A DNA stretch of 63,088 bases, filler included, from Thraustochytrium aureum (taxonomy: Eukaryota), in assembly GCA_012862495.1 (NCBI GenBank). It is 6 parts of 4 records of this genome, joined end to end, with 100 filler letters (N's around TTAATTAATTAA, not from the genome) between each part and the next. Parts side by side here need not be neighbours in the genome. Positions count along the whole stretch, not along the records: positions 31,155 to 52,146 come from BLSG01000241.1; positions 52,247 to 55,875 come from BLSG01000241.1; positions 55,976 to 57,451 come from BLSG01000242.1; positions 57,552 to 61,868 come from BLSG01000242.1; 2 more parts are not named here. One strand, 5' to 3'. The stretch's first letter is position 1, and every line of letters begins with the position of its first letter. The notes under the pieces are model-generated. The model saw only the letters and a list, made by a program, of their open reading frames with translations. It searched no databases and was not told the DNA's origin. The translations under genes were made by a program, and so were the position numbers. Below are positions 46,717 to 58,605 of this stretch, one piece after another.

Positions 46717-49700
46717 GCCGGTCTCGGTGGCGCGCCAATCGGCTTTGGGCGCGGCCTGCACACGCTACAGTCCGGGTTCTCGAGCGCGGAGCTCGAGGCC
46801 ATGCGGCGCCGCGAGCTTGACAAGAAGCTCGACTACCAACGCGAGCTGGATCGCCAGCTAGAGGACAAGCGGCGCCGGAGCGGCGTCCACAGCCCCGAGC
46901 TCTCGCCGCGGAGAGTCGGGATGGCCCATATCGACAGCCAGGCTACCCGACTCGGCGGTGGCGGTGGCGCGCCCGTGACCGCCCGCAGGTCGGGCCCTTT
47001 CGGCGCGGTCCCGATGGGTGACGACCCCGGCGAGGAGCGCCACCGCAAAGAAGAGCAGAGGCGCAAACAAGAAGAGTATGCCCGGACGCTGGAGCAGCAG
47101 ATGCGCGAGCGTGAGCAGCAGAAACAACGCGAAAAACTCGCGGAAGCAGAGTACGAGCGCAAGTACGGCGGCGGGGTGTCGCCGCCCAGCCTTGGCCGCC
47201 CAGCGGCGTACGGGTTTGGGCAAAGCCCGGCCGCGGCGATCGGACTTGCGCAATTGGCTGGTAACGGCGCCGGGGCTGCGCTGGGTGCGACCAACCAGCC
47301 GCAGTTCGACGCGCAGTCGTTGCCTTCAGCGCGGCTCGGCTCTACGCCAGCCCCAGGTCGCGCCGGCGAAGATGCGTTCGTCCACAGCCGCGCGCGATTT
47401 CGGTTTGGCACGCTCGACCCGAACGAGCAGGACGAAATTCTGCGCAAGCAGCAGCAGCAACAGCAGCAGCAGCTCGCGCTTCGCGAACAGATTGAGGAGC
47501 GCAAGATGCGCGCTGAAGAAGAGCGGCGGCGCGAGGCGGAGCTAGAGGCAGCAGAGGAAGCGCGCATCCAGCGCGACCTTTCGCAGCTCCGGCTCGAGTC
47601 TGAGGGCGCGGCGGGGTCGTTCGGCTCGGGACCAGGGCGGGCCCGAGCCTCGCCCGGAAAGCCTGCGCAGCTCGACCATTTTGGCCCTGGCGACCGTTTT
47701 GGCACAACAGAGTACGATGCGCCAAAGCAGGCCTCCGGCCGTCGAGCTGAAGCCTTGACGCTCCATGAGCGCCGCCAAGATGCCGAGCGCGGTTGGGGCG
47801 AGCCCCGTCGTCGCCCGAGGCCGTCGAGGAGCTTGCCGCTGACCTCGAGGCAAAGAGGAGTGAAGTGCGAATCATGCGCGAGCAGCGCGAGAACCTGGAG
47901 CGCGAGTTGGAGCGCCAGCGGGAGGAGATACGCCGGCTCAAAGAGGAGCAGGTCATGCGAGTGGAGCGCATGGCCCAGGGCGATCGCCTCCGAGGGCGCC
48001 AACACCTGTCTCTGCGCGGCGCTCGGCGGCCACTCCTGAGAACTTTTCCTCGCCGGTTGAGCGTCGTGCCTCCCCGTTGAGTGGCCGAAAACAGCGATTT
48101 GAGTATGCAACGACTCGGATGGCCCCGCATTCGTACGACTCGTACGACAGGGACGGCAGTGGAGGCGATGCAAGCTGGGGGCGACCTGGTGGGACGAGCG
48201 TCGGCGCCTCGCCTCCACCACCTGACCCGGCCTTCGAGAGCCGCCCATTAGTTGCCAACTCGATGGAGGTTAGCTCGTCGCGCAGGGACCAAGAGCAGGC
48301 CAGGCGGTGGGCCGGCGCGCTTCCGGCCAAGGGCGCCGAGAGTCACCCATTTGAAGTGAGCATGCCAAGCCAATCTGAACTCGTGCGTGTCCAAGGCCAC
48401 GGTGTTCCGCGAAGCTTCATGCAGGGAAATGGCGCTGCTGGCCGGGGCGTGAGCGCCTCCGCGAGAGGCGCCGGGGGCAACCTGCGCAAAGTCGAAGAGG
48501 TCGATCAGGTCGAGTCGCCGTCGGAGCCCGTTCGCAGCAAGTCAATGTGGCATGAAGACCAATACGAGACGAACGAAGAGGAGGCGCTCGATATGGCCGA
48601 GGAAAGCCTTGTTGAGCAGTCACTCCCTTGCGTGAGTCAGTATTTCGTCTTCGTTTCGCAGCGCGGGGACGGGGAGGACTCGGCGACTGGCCACACATCA
48701 CCCGGAGGAATGTCGTATTACACTGGCAGCGCGAGTCCCGGAGCAAAGAGCGCGGCCAGCGTTGGCAGCGATGCAATCAGCTTGCCGAGAGCCGCGTTAG
48801 ACGTGCGAGAGAGCCGCGCTATCCTCGTCAACGAGGACGAGGAGGCGGGCGACCGACGCCCAAGCTCGAGCAAGAGCTACGCGAGCAGCAGCCACGGTGG
48901 CAGCAACAGCAAGCGCGAATCACGAGCAGCTGGGGGTTTGTCGCGGCCGTCCCGGAACTCGCGGTCGCAGCAGCTTGTCTCTCCTCCAGACACCCCAGAC
49001 CTCGCCCAAAGCGGTACTAGTGCTAGTCGTGGAAGCGGCGCCGCTCGCCGCATCAGCTCGAGAGGCGAGCCGAGGGACCGAAAGCGCTCGCTGGCCAGCG
49101 ATCTCGGCGGCGACAGCGTTCGTCGCGAAGGCGGGCGACCGCCAAGCAGCTGGAAGCCCCCGAGCCGTCAGTCGTCCAGGCCTTCGAACGATTCTGACGA
49201 CGGCGAGGACGACGCGGTTCACATGAACGACCTGGAGCTGAGCCGCGTGCGAACGGCACAGGCGGCGCGAATGGCGCTGCAACGCGCCTCGGCGCACTCG
49301 GAAGACGAAGACAGTCACAAAGGCAGCAGTTCTCGCGGCGCGGGTGCCGGCAAGGGTTCGCCGTTTCCGTCAACGCCGTCTCGCTCGCCTCTTGCACAAG
49401 CGAGGATGAAGTTTGCAAAGGAGAACGCCCCGCGAGCCCTGGCGGCTGGCCCCAAGACCAAGGCGCAGCGATCGTTGTCTTCTGGTTCGTCCGCGTGGTC
49501 GTCCTCATCCGTGTCCTCGGAGGAGTCTGCGTCGTCCAAGTCGGTATCTAGCGCCTCCCTCCGTGGTGTCGCTTGCAGCATCGTCGGCCTCGCGCGCTTC
49601 GGGTGCGCGCGGCGGGCGGCGGGGCGGCGCTATTGCGGAAAACCGGGCGAGCCTTTCGAACAGGCCGCGCGAGGCCCCAGCGGCGGGTGAGGTTGCATGG

Positions 49701-50002
49701 CCCAAGCGCGGCGTGGCGGGCGACGCCCCGCTGGCGCGCGCTAGGGCATCGACGCCTCCGCGCGGCGAGCACCTAAAGGCGCAGCAGCAGCAGCAGCAGC
49801 AGCAGCACAAGTGGGAGCCTTTCAAGGTGTACCGAAACGTCGGCGGCGACGGCGCTTTGCGAGCCCTCGAGTCTGCAGCCCGTGAGCGAGACGCGCGGCA
49901 CGACGCAGACTCGGACTACTGAAGGATTTTAGCGGCGAAGAGGAGGAAGACGAGTACGTCGCGTACGGGTCTGACGACGCCAAACGCGCGCTGGTTGCTT
50001 GA
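46717..50002 (+). CDS. Coiled-coil/low-complexity protein, CCDC66/CSPP1-like; 5' end in gap, several frameshifts (about 47800, 48060, 49570, 49920)
   Basis: Repeated helices YQRELDRQLEDKRR, YARTLEQQMREREQQKQREK and LREQIEERK..EEARI; Ser-rich tail. Confidence 0.6.
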
Positions 50003-51450
50003 ACCGTGCCAACTTGTCCGAGCCGAGGTCGCCGTGCGGATTGAGCACCGTTGCTGTGGGGCGGCATTCCTCGCGTACCTCGCTCACCTTTGCACGGCGC
50101 GTCAAGCAAGATAGATATTTATCCTCACCACTCTACTCTCTGTCGCAGATTCCCTGATCGAGGCAACCATCACCCGCCGAGGGAGGAAGGCCAGCCAGCC
50201 CCACACGACCGCCTGGCCCGCCGCAAACCGTCGGTGGTTCTCTCACAGACAGTTCATTTCGTGGTTCTTGCACGCACTTGGTTGTGCAGTGCGGCAGAGT
50301 TTGGGATTCAGCACGGCGCATGCTGGTCGATGCTCGCCGAGATGGATTGTCGCCACGAAAGCTCTGTCTGAACGAGTTGGCCACGTCTGAACCACCTTTG
50401 CGGGAGGTCGGTCATTCATGCCAGGCACGGAAGACTGATGAGCTGAGCAGACCCCGTTCGACCCTACCTGCAGGTCATTGCGATAGATTGCACCGCGGTG
50501 CACGGAAGCCCAAGCGGTGCACGGAAGCCCAAGCCGGCAAGCGACGTTTCTCCCTCTAGCTCGAGCTCACTCTAGCTAGAGCTCTCTCGAGAGAGCGCCA
50601 GAGCCAGGCGCGCCAGGAAAGCGACGGGCGGCTGCGGCTAAATAAAGGCGTACAAAGTAGGATCGCGAGGCGAGGCTTGCAGGATGGGCAAGCTTGCTGG
50701 CCCGCCCATCCCCAGATGATGTGGCCCGGTGGACCGCAAAGCAGNNNNNNNNNNNNNNNNNNNNNNNNNNNNNNNNNNNNNNNNNNNNNNNNNNNNNNNN
50801 NNNNNNNNNNNNNNNNNNNNNNNNNNNNNNNNNNNNNNNNNNNNNNNNNNNNNNNNNNNNNNNNNNNNNNNNNNNNNNNNNNNNNNNNNNNNNNNNNNNN
50901 NNNNNNNNNNNNNNNNNNNNNNNNNNNNNNNNNNNNNNNNNNNNNNNNNNNNNNNNNNNNNNNNNNNNNNNNNNNNNNNNNNNNNNNNNNNNNNNNNNNN
51001 NNNNNNNNNNNNNNNNNNNNNNNNNNNNNNNNNNNNNNNNNNNNNNNNNNNNNNNNNNNNNNNNNNNNNNNNNNNNNNNNNNNNNNNNNNNNNNNNNNNN
51101 NNNNNNNNNNNNNNNNNNNNNNNNNNNNNNNNNNNNNNNNNNNNNNNNNNNNNNNNNNNNNNNNNNNNNNNNNNNNNNNNNNNNNNNNNNNNNNNNNNNN
51201 NNNNNNNNNNNNNNNNNNNNNNNNNNNNNNNNNNAAAATCTTGTAACGAGTGGGAGAATCGGGCCTGGTGGGTTTGGCAAGCAAGCGCCTTGCACCAGGC
51301 GCACACAGCAGCTGCGGAGGAGAGTCAAACCGGGCAGCACGGCCTGCTAGACAGAACAGGCGACGACGGGTCGTACCTACCTGGCCCCTGTCAAGCAGCG
51401 GAGGAATACAAGCCGGGCGCCCGGATCGGCTCGACCTCGTGCAACAAGAC

Positions 51451-52065
51451 TTATTGGTTCAGGGCCGCGAAGCGCGCTTCAAGGTCGTTCGACTCGGCCT
51501 GCTGCTCGGCCTTGGCAGGCGCCTTGGACGAAACAAGGCCCGCATTGTCGAGTTCTGCCGAAACCTGAAGGCCGTGCTCGTCTGCGACCATCTGGATGAG
51601 CTCGCTGACCTCGCTTTCTGGCGTGACGCCAGCCGTTGTGCTGTCGATGGCGTTGTCCATGTATGCGGTTCGCACGTCGAGGTCCTCAAAGTTGGCCTCG
51701 AACTTGTCCATGACCTTTCCGATCTTCTCCACGTCCATGCTCTTGAGGGTCTTGTCCATGCCGGCGACCGTCTTGGTCATTGTCTTGGTGAGCCGGCCCA
51801 TGCTAATGGCCGTGCTTACGCGCTGCGACACGGCCTCTATGCGCGAAGACAGCTTTAGATAGCTCAGCGCCTGGTTTTTATCACGGATCGCGTTTTGCGC
51901 GTAGATCTTGGCGCCCTCCATGTCGCCCTTCTCAATGCACGCCTTGAGCTTTGACTTTGCGAGCTTCGAGTTCTTCTCGCACTTCTTCGACTCCCGCTGC
52001 AGCTGCTTGGCCGTCAGCCGCAGCTCAATCAGCTGCTTCTGCATCGCGGACTCTCCATTCCCCAT
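51451..52065 (-). CDS. CHMP1: ESCRT-III subunit CHMP1/Did2/Vps46
   Basis: TAKQLQRESKKCEK, AKIYAQNAIR.KNQAL, MDKFEANFEDLDV, QMVADEHGL and C-terminal MIM1 DLEARFAAL. Confidence 0.96.
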   Translation of the reverse strand: MGNGESAMQKQLIELRLTAKQLQRESKKCEKNSKLAKSKLKACIEKGDMEGAKIYAQNAIRDKNQALSYLKLSSRIEAVSQRVSTAISMGRLTKTMTKTVAGMDKTLKSMDVEKIGKVMDKFEANFEDLDVRTAYMDNAIDSTTAGVTPESEVSELIQMVADEHGLQVSAELDNAGLVSSKAPAKAEQQAESNDLEARFAALNQ

Positions 52066-53034
52066 TTCCGCGGCGCTGCCTCCTACCTCCCAAGGAGAGT
52101 GCGCGCGAAATCCAACGCAACAACCGCAGCTCCTGCCGCGACTCCCNNNNNNNNNNNNNNNNNNNNNNNNNNNNNNNNNNNNNNNNNNNNTTAATTAATT
52201 AANNNNNNNNNNNNNNNNNNNNNNNNNNNNNNNNNNNNNNNNNNNNCACCTCGGCCTTGACAGGGACAGCCTTGTACGCAGCGAGGCTTGCGGCCGGTAC
52301 GCGATCAGCTCTTCGCGCGTTTCGAACGCGGCAGAGTGGTCGAACAGGCATCCGAGCATGTCGACCGCACTTCGTACCGAGTCGCGCTTGAGTCGCGGAT
52401 CGGACCTGGGGGTGAGCGTCCAGCTTGGCCACGAGATCCGGCTTGGCCCCGCCAGCAGGCGGGGCCCCTTTGTCGCTGCGATGCATTGTCCTGCCCGTTC
52501 GATGGGCCCGGTTGTCGGCCCGGGCGTCGGTCTGGTCGTCGGCCGCAACCTCAGCGCGGGTCGCTGGACCTGCCGCGGTCCACGCTCAAGGCGTGTTGAT
52601 TCCGACCCCGGGCATCCCCGCTTCACCTGACTCGGGAACGTTTGTGCTTCTTGATCAAGATTGAAATCAATCAAATGGACGCGAAAACTACCGCGCGGCA
52701 GGTTCGAAGAGGGTTGGTTTCGACAATCCAACTTGAAGGCCTGATGAGCCAGCCGCCTTGCACTTTTTCGCGACGGCTGCGCTCTTGGCTTTGGCTCAGG
52801 TGAGCGTGGTGGTGGACATCGACAGCGAGGCCAAACATGACGAATGCAGTCATTTGGTGTCACGATCGTCAAACTACGAAACGGTTGGTGCCGCATTCGC
52901 TTGGCGCGGAGAGTCGCGACTCTGCCAGGATTCACCATCTTACACAGCAAGAGAAAGGTCGTTGTCTTCTACAGGGACACTGGTTGCCGACATGAACGAA
53001 AAAGTCTACAAGGCTCCGCCGACTCCCGGCGCCG

Positions 53035-55875
53035 TCACTTCTCGCCAAAGGTCTCGGTCAGGTGCCGTTGCGAGCAGACCCGCATCAGCTTGGCCGCCAG
53101 GGCCTCCTTGCTTGCGCACACAGGGATTCGAAGCGTCGCAAAGCAGGTCAGCGCACTCGGTAGGTGCTCTGGGTCTGCGTCGACCACGACGTTGAAGCGA
53201 CGCGGCTTGAGGTTGCGAAACCCACCAACCGGGGACGAGCTGAGACCAGTCGAAAACTGCAGGAGCCGCGCACGGTGCTCAGGGTCCATTGCACCAACGA
53301 TTTCCCAAAACCATCCGAGAAGCTCCGAGGTCATAACGCGCACCGGCGGGCCAGTCGCGCGCCCAAGACGCGCAGCTGCCGTTCGAACGTGCCAAAGCTG
53401 ATCCTCATCGGGCTCGACAGTATTTGCGCGCCAGTCGTCGACGTCAATCTCAACCGCCCCTTGCAGCGCGAGCGCGAGGTCAATATAGTCAATATTTGAG
53501 GCCGCGAGCTGGGCATGCGGGATGACTTCGTGGAAGCCAGAGAGAAAGATTTGCATCTGCTCGCGCACGCCGCCGCATACGTAGTGCTCGCTGAGGAGCT
53601 GCAAGTATTCGAGCTTGTTGTCTTCGCTCAAGAACCGCTGCGCCCCGTTCGGACAGAGGTCCTGACCAAACTCGCCCTCGCTGTCGATCCACACGAAGGG
53701 AATCTCGCCGATATCCATCACCGACTTCATAATCTCCACGCCGCCAGGCTGCAGGAGGAGCAGCATGCGGTTCTCGAAGTACGTTGGGTCCAGGGCGCGC
53801 ACGTCCTCGCAGTCGATCTCCCAGTCGAGCATCATCTTGAGCATGGCCGAGCTCAGCGGGAGCTGAAAGCAGCTCTCGTGCAAGATGGCCAGCCCGATCA
53901 GCCTTCCCAGCGCGTAGTAGTGGACCATTTCCAACTCTGCGTTGGGTGCAAGCATCAAAGTCGAGTCCGGGAGCACGCGAAGAAGCCGCGCGTGGCGCCG
54001 CTTCGGGGACGGTGGAGGGCCAGCGTCTGCGTCTGCCTCTGCCTCTGCCGCAGCAATCCCCGCGCCAGGTCCAGGGCCGTCCAGAGACGACACGTCGTCG
54101 GGCTGAAGCGCGCCGACGAGCTCGTCCGCGACGAGCTTGAAGAGCTCGGCCGTGAGACCACCACCATCGACGCCGGACTCGGCTTCAAAGGTGACGCACA
54201 GGCCGTTCTTGAGCTGCTTCATGGAGTGGCCCAAGAGTTGGTCCGTGACTTGGAAAAACACGCACCTTCCTTTGCTGTCCAAGCCGCGGTGGACGTGCGC
54301 ATTGACTTTGCGGAACAGTAGGTCGTACGCGTCTGGCGTGCCATGCAGCTCGCGGAGGCCATGCCGCAGGGCCTCTACCCGCTCGACATATGTCGACGAC
54401 TTGGCCCGCTCGCCCAGCTTGGCGTGCAGAGACGCCGCGGGTTGCCACTGGCGCCGAAGCCGCTGCAGCGAAGCAGCCAGTCCGAGGTCAGGGATTGCGC
54501 GGTTCAGCGAGGCCGCCAGAGAGGTGCCAGCGGCCCCCCTGTCTGCGCCTGGGGCCTGTTCACCGCCCTCCCCCAAGGGGCCCGTCATGCTGGCCAAGAA
54601 CTGGCGCGGGTCGGCGTGCAGCTTGGCACGAAACGGGTTGGTTTTGGCGTACTCAAGCACCCTGGTGCGGTTCGCCAACATGCGGTCTACTTCGTCGAGC
54701 GCAGTTTCTCGTTCGCGCATCCACTTGAGCAGCATGCCGTGCGCGTTAACGCTGTGCAGGGCGCGCGCCATGAGTGCAAAGGCGACCATCTTGGCCAGCC
54801 CGCGCAGGCAGAAAACCATGTCGAAAAGCTCTTGGCCGCACTGCGACGAGCAGGAGGAGGCCGTGCTTGGCAAGGAGCCGAACTGGCCACCAAGCTCGCC
54901 GGGCAGCGACGATTCGTTGGCCTGAAGTGCGCCCCGGTACGCCTCGTAGTAAGAATCAAAGCAGACTGGGACTGGGAGCATCCAGAAGAGCTCGAGGCCC
55001 ACTGCGTCGGCGCGCTCGACCACATTGCGCAGCACGACGCGGCGCACGACGGAGGTGCCCGCTGTAGCCACGAGAGCCCAGTCAAGCAAGCGCCAGAGGA
55101 TGTCGATTGGGAAGGTGGCGACGTCGGCGACCAGCTGGCCGCCGATGAGCCAGATGTAGTATGCGGCGAAAATTGGGATCATCGTGTGCAGGATGACCGG
55201 CCGAAACCGGAACGCCGCATACACGGAGAGCATGACGGAAATCCGGAAACCAAAGTGCTCACGGAACGAGTACCGCTCGACGGCGAGCCGCGTCAGGAGG
55301 CGCATCGCCAGGTGCCACGGAGGGAAACCGACGATGAGGCGGAACGCGCACAGCGTTTCGAAAAACTTTTCTCGCATGCGCTTCAAGTGCGCCTCCGAAA
55401 ACGGCCGCCGCGCAAGCGAAGCAGCCGCCGAGGCCGGATTGTGAAGGTGGTTGCGAACCTGGTCTAGTGGACCGTTCTCGCGTGGAGGGGCCAGCGGCGG
55501 CCTTCCCGGCGCTGCATCTTGGTCCGTGGGGGTTTCGTCGTGCGGCCCTTCCGCAGCTGCGCCTTGGCCACTCTCCTCGGTTGAGGCGTTGCCGCTGCTC
55601 CCGAGCTCCTCGGCGTCTCGTGCGCGCTCACCAGACCGAACAACGGCGTTCAAGGTCATTGTCACGAAGAGCATCGGCAGTTCGCGGCGCGACCAGGGAT
55701 TTGTAAGCCAATCGAACCAGACTCGCGCAAGCCAGTTGGCCAACAGCGCGGCAAGGATCATCGCCGACCCGACCACGACGACGCCGAGGAACGCGTTCCA
55801 GAACTCGCCCCTGCTTCCGGCCCGGCTCCCTCGCCAAGCGGCTTGGGAGCATCGTTGTCCGCTTGGCCGCCCAGT
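53035..55875 (-). CDS. HECT E3 ubiquitin ligase with hydrophobic N-terminal region; 5' truncated at linker
   Basis: FEAESGVDGGGL..ELF, LGRLIGLAI, NKLEYL, WFWEIV, LLQFSTG and catalytic LPSALTCF. Confidence 0.92.
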   Translation of the reverse strand, partial: TGRPSGQRCSQAAWRGSRAGSRGEFWNAFLGVVVVGSAMILAALLANWLARVWFDWLTNPWSRRELPMLFVTMTLNAVVRSGERARDAEELGSSGNASTEESGQGAAAEGPHDETPTDQDAAPGRPPLAPPRENGPLDQVRNHLHNPASAAASLARRPFSEAHLKRMREKFFETLCAFRLIVGFPPWHLAMRLLTRLAVERYSFREHFGFRISVMLSVYAAFRFRPVILHTMIPIFAAYYIWLIGGQLVADVATFPIDILWRLLDWALVATAGTSVVRRVVLRNVVERADAVGLELFWMLPVPVCFDSYYEAYRGALQANESSLPGELGGQFGSLPSTASSCSSQCGQELFDMVFCLRGLAKMVAFALMARALHSVNAHGMLLKWMRERETALDEVDRMLANRTRVLEYAKTNPFRAKLHADPRQFLASMTGPLGEGGEQAPGADRGAAGTSLAASLNRAIPDLGLAASLQRLRRQWQPAASLHAKLGERAKSSTYVERVEALRHGLRELHGTPDAYDLLFRKVNAHVHRGLDSKGRCVFFQVTDQLLGHSMKQLKNGLCVTFEAESGVDGGGLTAELFKLVADELVGALQPDDVSSLDGPGPGAGIAAAEAEADADAGPPPSPKRRHARLLRVLPDSTLMLAPNAELEMVHYYALGRLIGLAILHESCFQLPLSSAMLKMMLDWEIDCEDVRALDPTYFENRMLLLLQPGGVEIMKSVMDIGEIPFVWIDSEGEFGQDLCPNGAQRFLSEDNKLEYLQLLSEHYVCGGVREQMQIFLSGFHEVIPHAQLAASNIDYIDLALALQGAVEIDVDDWRANTVEPDEDQLWHVRTAAARLGRATGPPVRVMTSELLGWFWEIVGAMDPEHRARLLQFSTGLSSSPVGGFRNLKPRRFNVVVDADPEHLPSALTCFATLRIPVCASKEALAAKLMRVCSQRHLTETFGEK

Positions 55876-55975
55876 NNNNNNNNNNNNNNNNNNNNNNNNN
55901 NNNNNNNNNNNNNNNNNNNTTAATTAATTAANNNNNNNNNNNNNNNNNNNNNNNNNNNNNNNNNNNNNNNNNNNN

Positions 55976-56171
55976 AGCGCGCTGTCCATGTCTGTCACCT
56001 TGCACCCCCTTCGACCTTTTCAAACCAGTCAACGCCGCGCCCAGCCGGGCTCCCAGCGGCTCCATCCACGGCCCCGACCACCGCGACCGCCACGCCCGCC
56101 GCCGCCACGGCCCAGGCAGCCGGCCTGGGCCGTCTTCTAGCCCGCCGGCTCTTTTCGTCCTTCGCGCTCAT
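55976..56171 (-). CDS. 5' fragment of a membrane or secreted protein, possibly the N-terminus of the HECT gene
   Basis: ATG 56171, basic stretch then AAWAVAAAGVAVAVVGAV, oriented toward the truncated HECT ORF. Confidence 0.35.
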
Positions 56172-57551
56172 CCTCACCCTGGGCGGATCCTGGACCTGCC
56201 CATCCGCCCATGCCGGCATTCCGCGCCAGCCAGCCTGCTAGCCTGCCAGCGCGCCAGCAGCCTGCCGCCCTGCCGGCGTCTCGCGCCTTTCGCTGGGCTC
56301 TCTTGCTCGCTCGCTCGCGCGCTCGCTCGCTCCGCTCCGCTCGTGCCTTGGGCCTTGGCGGCGCGGCTGGAAGCAGGTCTGCCAGGCTTGGCTTCGCCTG
56401 TGCAGGGCTTGTGATGTGATGTGTACATAGATCACTCCTCTCTCCACAGACACAGAGGCCTACTCTCTGCCAGTGCACGTAAGCCAGCCCCGGTGTGCGT
56501 GGGAGCGAAACGCGCGAGGCTTGACTCGCTCGGAGGGCGCAAACGCTTCAAGAGGCCTTCGGCCGCTCGCTCTCCAGCACGAGATGGAGTAGAGTGTACC
56601 TACCGACGGAGGTACCAAAACCCGCCTGGGAGCGCGGTGTGTGGAGGGCAGGCAGGGCGTCTGTTGAGTTTACGGTTTCCTTGGGTGCTCTTGGCGGTGG
56701 TGAGCAGGTAGGTACCACCTCGACCGCGACTCGCCGCAGCTTTTGCACTGTTGCGAGGGCGAGTGCGGATCCTCCTCGGGGCGCGAGCTGGCAGGCCTAC
56801 TAGAACCAAGGAGGATCCTCCTTGCTAAACCTACAAAGTACCTGCAAGGCAAAGGCCAACATGACAACAACGAGGGCCCTGGGGGGCTGCGGCTTCTTTG
56901 TAACCCGCCTGCCAATGCATACATGGCGGAGAGATTGATTGACCAAGCGCCAGCACGCAGGCCAAGGGCCACCGTCGAAATCACCACCCACCCAAACAAC
57001 TGCATCCATCAAAAATAACCTGAAATGCGAAACATGCGGCCTTCTTTGCAGTCACGGCGCCGCACTTGCGCTCTGTTCTATCGACCGGCGAATGCCGTCA
57101 AGGATGTCGCAATAGCGCAGGACCACGTCCCGCCTGCACTGATGCGAGAGCTTGTCCAATACCGAGTCTCCGGATCCTACCGCTCGGAACGAGTCGCTTT
57201 CGACGAGCTCGCCATATACGAAACCCCAGTCCACGCCCTCGATCGCGTGAAACTCCCACTCTCCATCGTCATCGCTGGCGCCTGGGCCTGCCGCACCCTC
57301 CCCCTCGCAGCGTTGCACTGGAGCCGCGGTTACAAGATTGGGAGCCGCCGCCGGCTCCATTGGGGAGAATGGCTTTCTAAACCTGTCGCGATCGAGTCGC
57401 GGCGGCGAAGGCGAGCGAGGGGCCTGGCCCAATTGCTGCTCTTGCTCTCGANNNNNNNNNNNNNNNNNNNNNNNNNNNNNNNNNNNNNNNNNNNNTTAAT
57501 TAATTAANNNNNNNNNNNNNNNNNNNNNNNNNNNNNNNNNNNNNNNNNNNN

Positions 57552-58167
57552 CTCGTGCTGGATTTAGACGAGACCCTTGTGCACTCGAGCTTCAAGCCAG
57601 TGCCCAACCCGGACTACATCATCCCCGTAGTGATAGATGGGATCACGCACCGGGTCTATGTCATGTAAGTTGCAGCGCGCCGGCCGCCGCCGCACCTCGC
57701 GCTTGTCATTCTGGCGCCGCTGACCCGCCGCGACACGTAGCAAACGCCCCGGCGTGGACATGTTCCTTGAGCGACTTGGCAGGGTCTTCGAAATCGTCGT
57801 CTTCACGGCCTCGCTGGCCAAGTACGCCGACCCGTTGCTTGACATGCTCGACGTGAATCACGTGATCGAGGGCCGCCTCTTTCGCGAGGCCTGCACGCTT
57901 CACTCTGGCAACTACGTCAAGGACCTTGCCCTTTTGGGTAGGCCAGTGGAGACCACGATCATCGTCGACAACTCACCAGCGAGCTACCTCTTCCACCCCT
58001 CCAACGCGATCGGCGTGTCCACCTTTATTGACGACATGGACGACCGCGAGCTCTACTATTGCTTGCCGTTCCTGGAGAGCCTCGTTGGCGTGCCGGACGT
58101 CACCACGGCGCTGGGCAAGTACCCCGAGTTTGTCGCGCAGCAGATGGCGCTGCGCAAGGTGCCATAG
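57552..58167 (+). CDS. Small CTD phosphatase (SCP/CTDSP/Psr1, FCP1-homology HAD); 5' truncated, intron 57665-57740
   Basis: [14 protein letters not shown], spliced [33 protein letters not shown] and [10 protein letters not shown]. Confidence 0.95.
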
Positions 58168-58605
58168 CCTCGTGGTGCCCGTGTTGCTCCTGAGCAGTAG
58201 AAAAACAATACAATAACGAACCATCGATGTGTGTTTTGCGCCATGGTCTCTCGCAAGGGCTTGCCACGCATCGGGACTTGCCACGGGTCGGGACTTGCCA
58301 CGGGTCGGGAGCGCGGCCCCGCGCCTCGCCTGCGCGGCCTGGCAAGGGGAGGGCACCAGCGCGCTCGCTCGGTGCCATTCATTGAAATCGAGCAACTCGG
58401 GAGCCCCAAGCATGCAAAGATTCTCTGTCCTGAACGGGCGACTCGACCGTTCTGCAGTCCCACGAACGGGACTGGCGTTCTGCGGCCAAGGCGAGGTGGG
58501 CTTAGCGAGCGCCGACGCCACGCAAGCAAGCCCGAGCCGACGCGTGCGCTATCGGACCCTCGGCGCGCGGCGGGCGAGCTGCAGTGCCAGCGACAGGCGG
58601 GCGGG

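Noticed and set aside
49915..49925. TGA readthrough or selenocysteine in the CCDC66-like gene
   Set aside because: The plausible continuation (KDFSGEEEEDEY) is in another frame, which implies an indel rather than readthrough.
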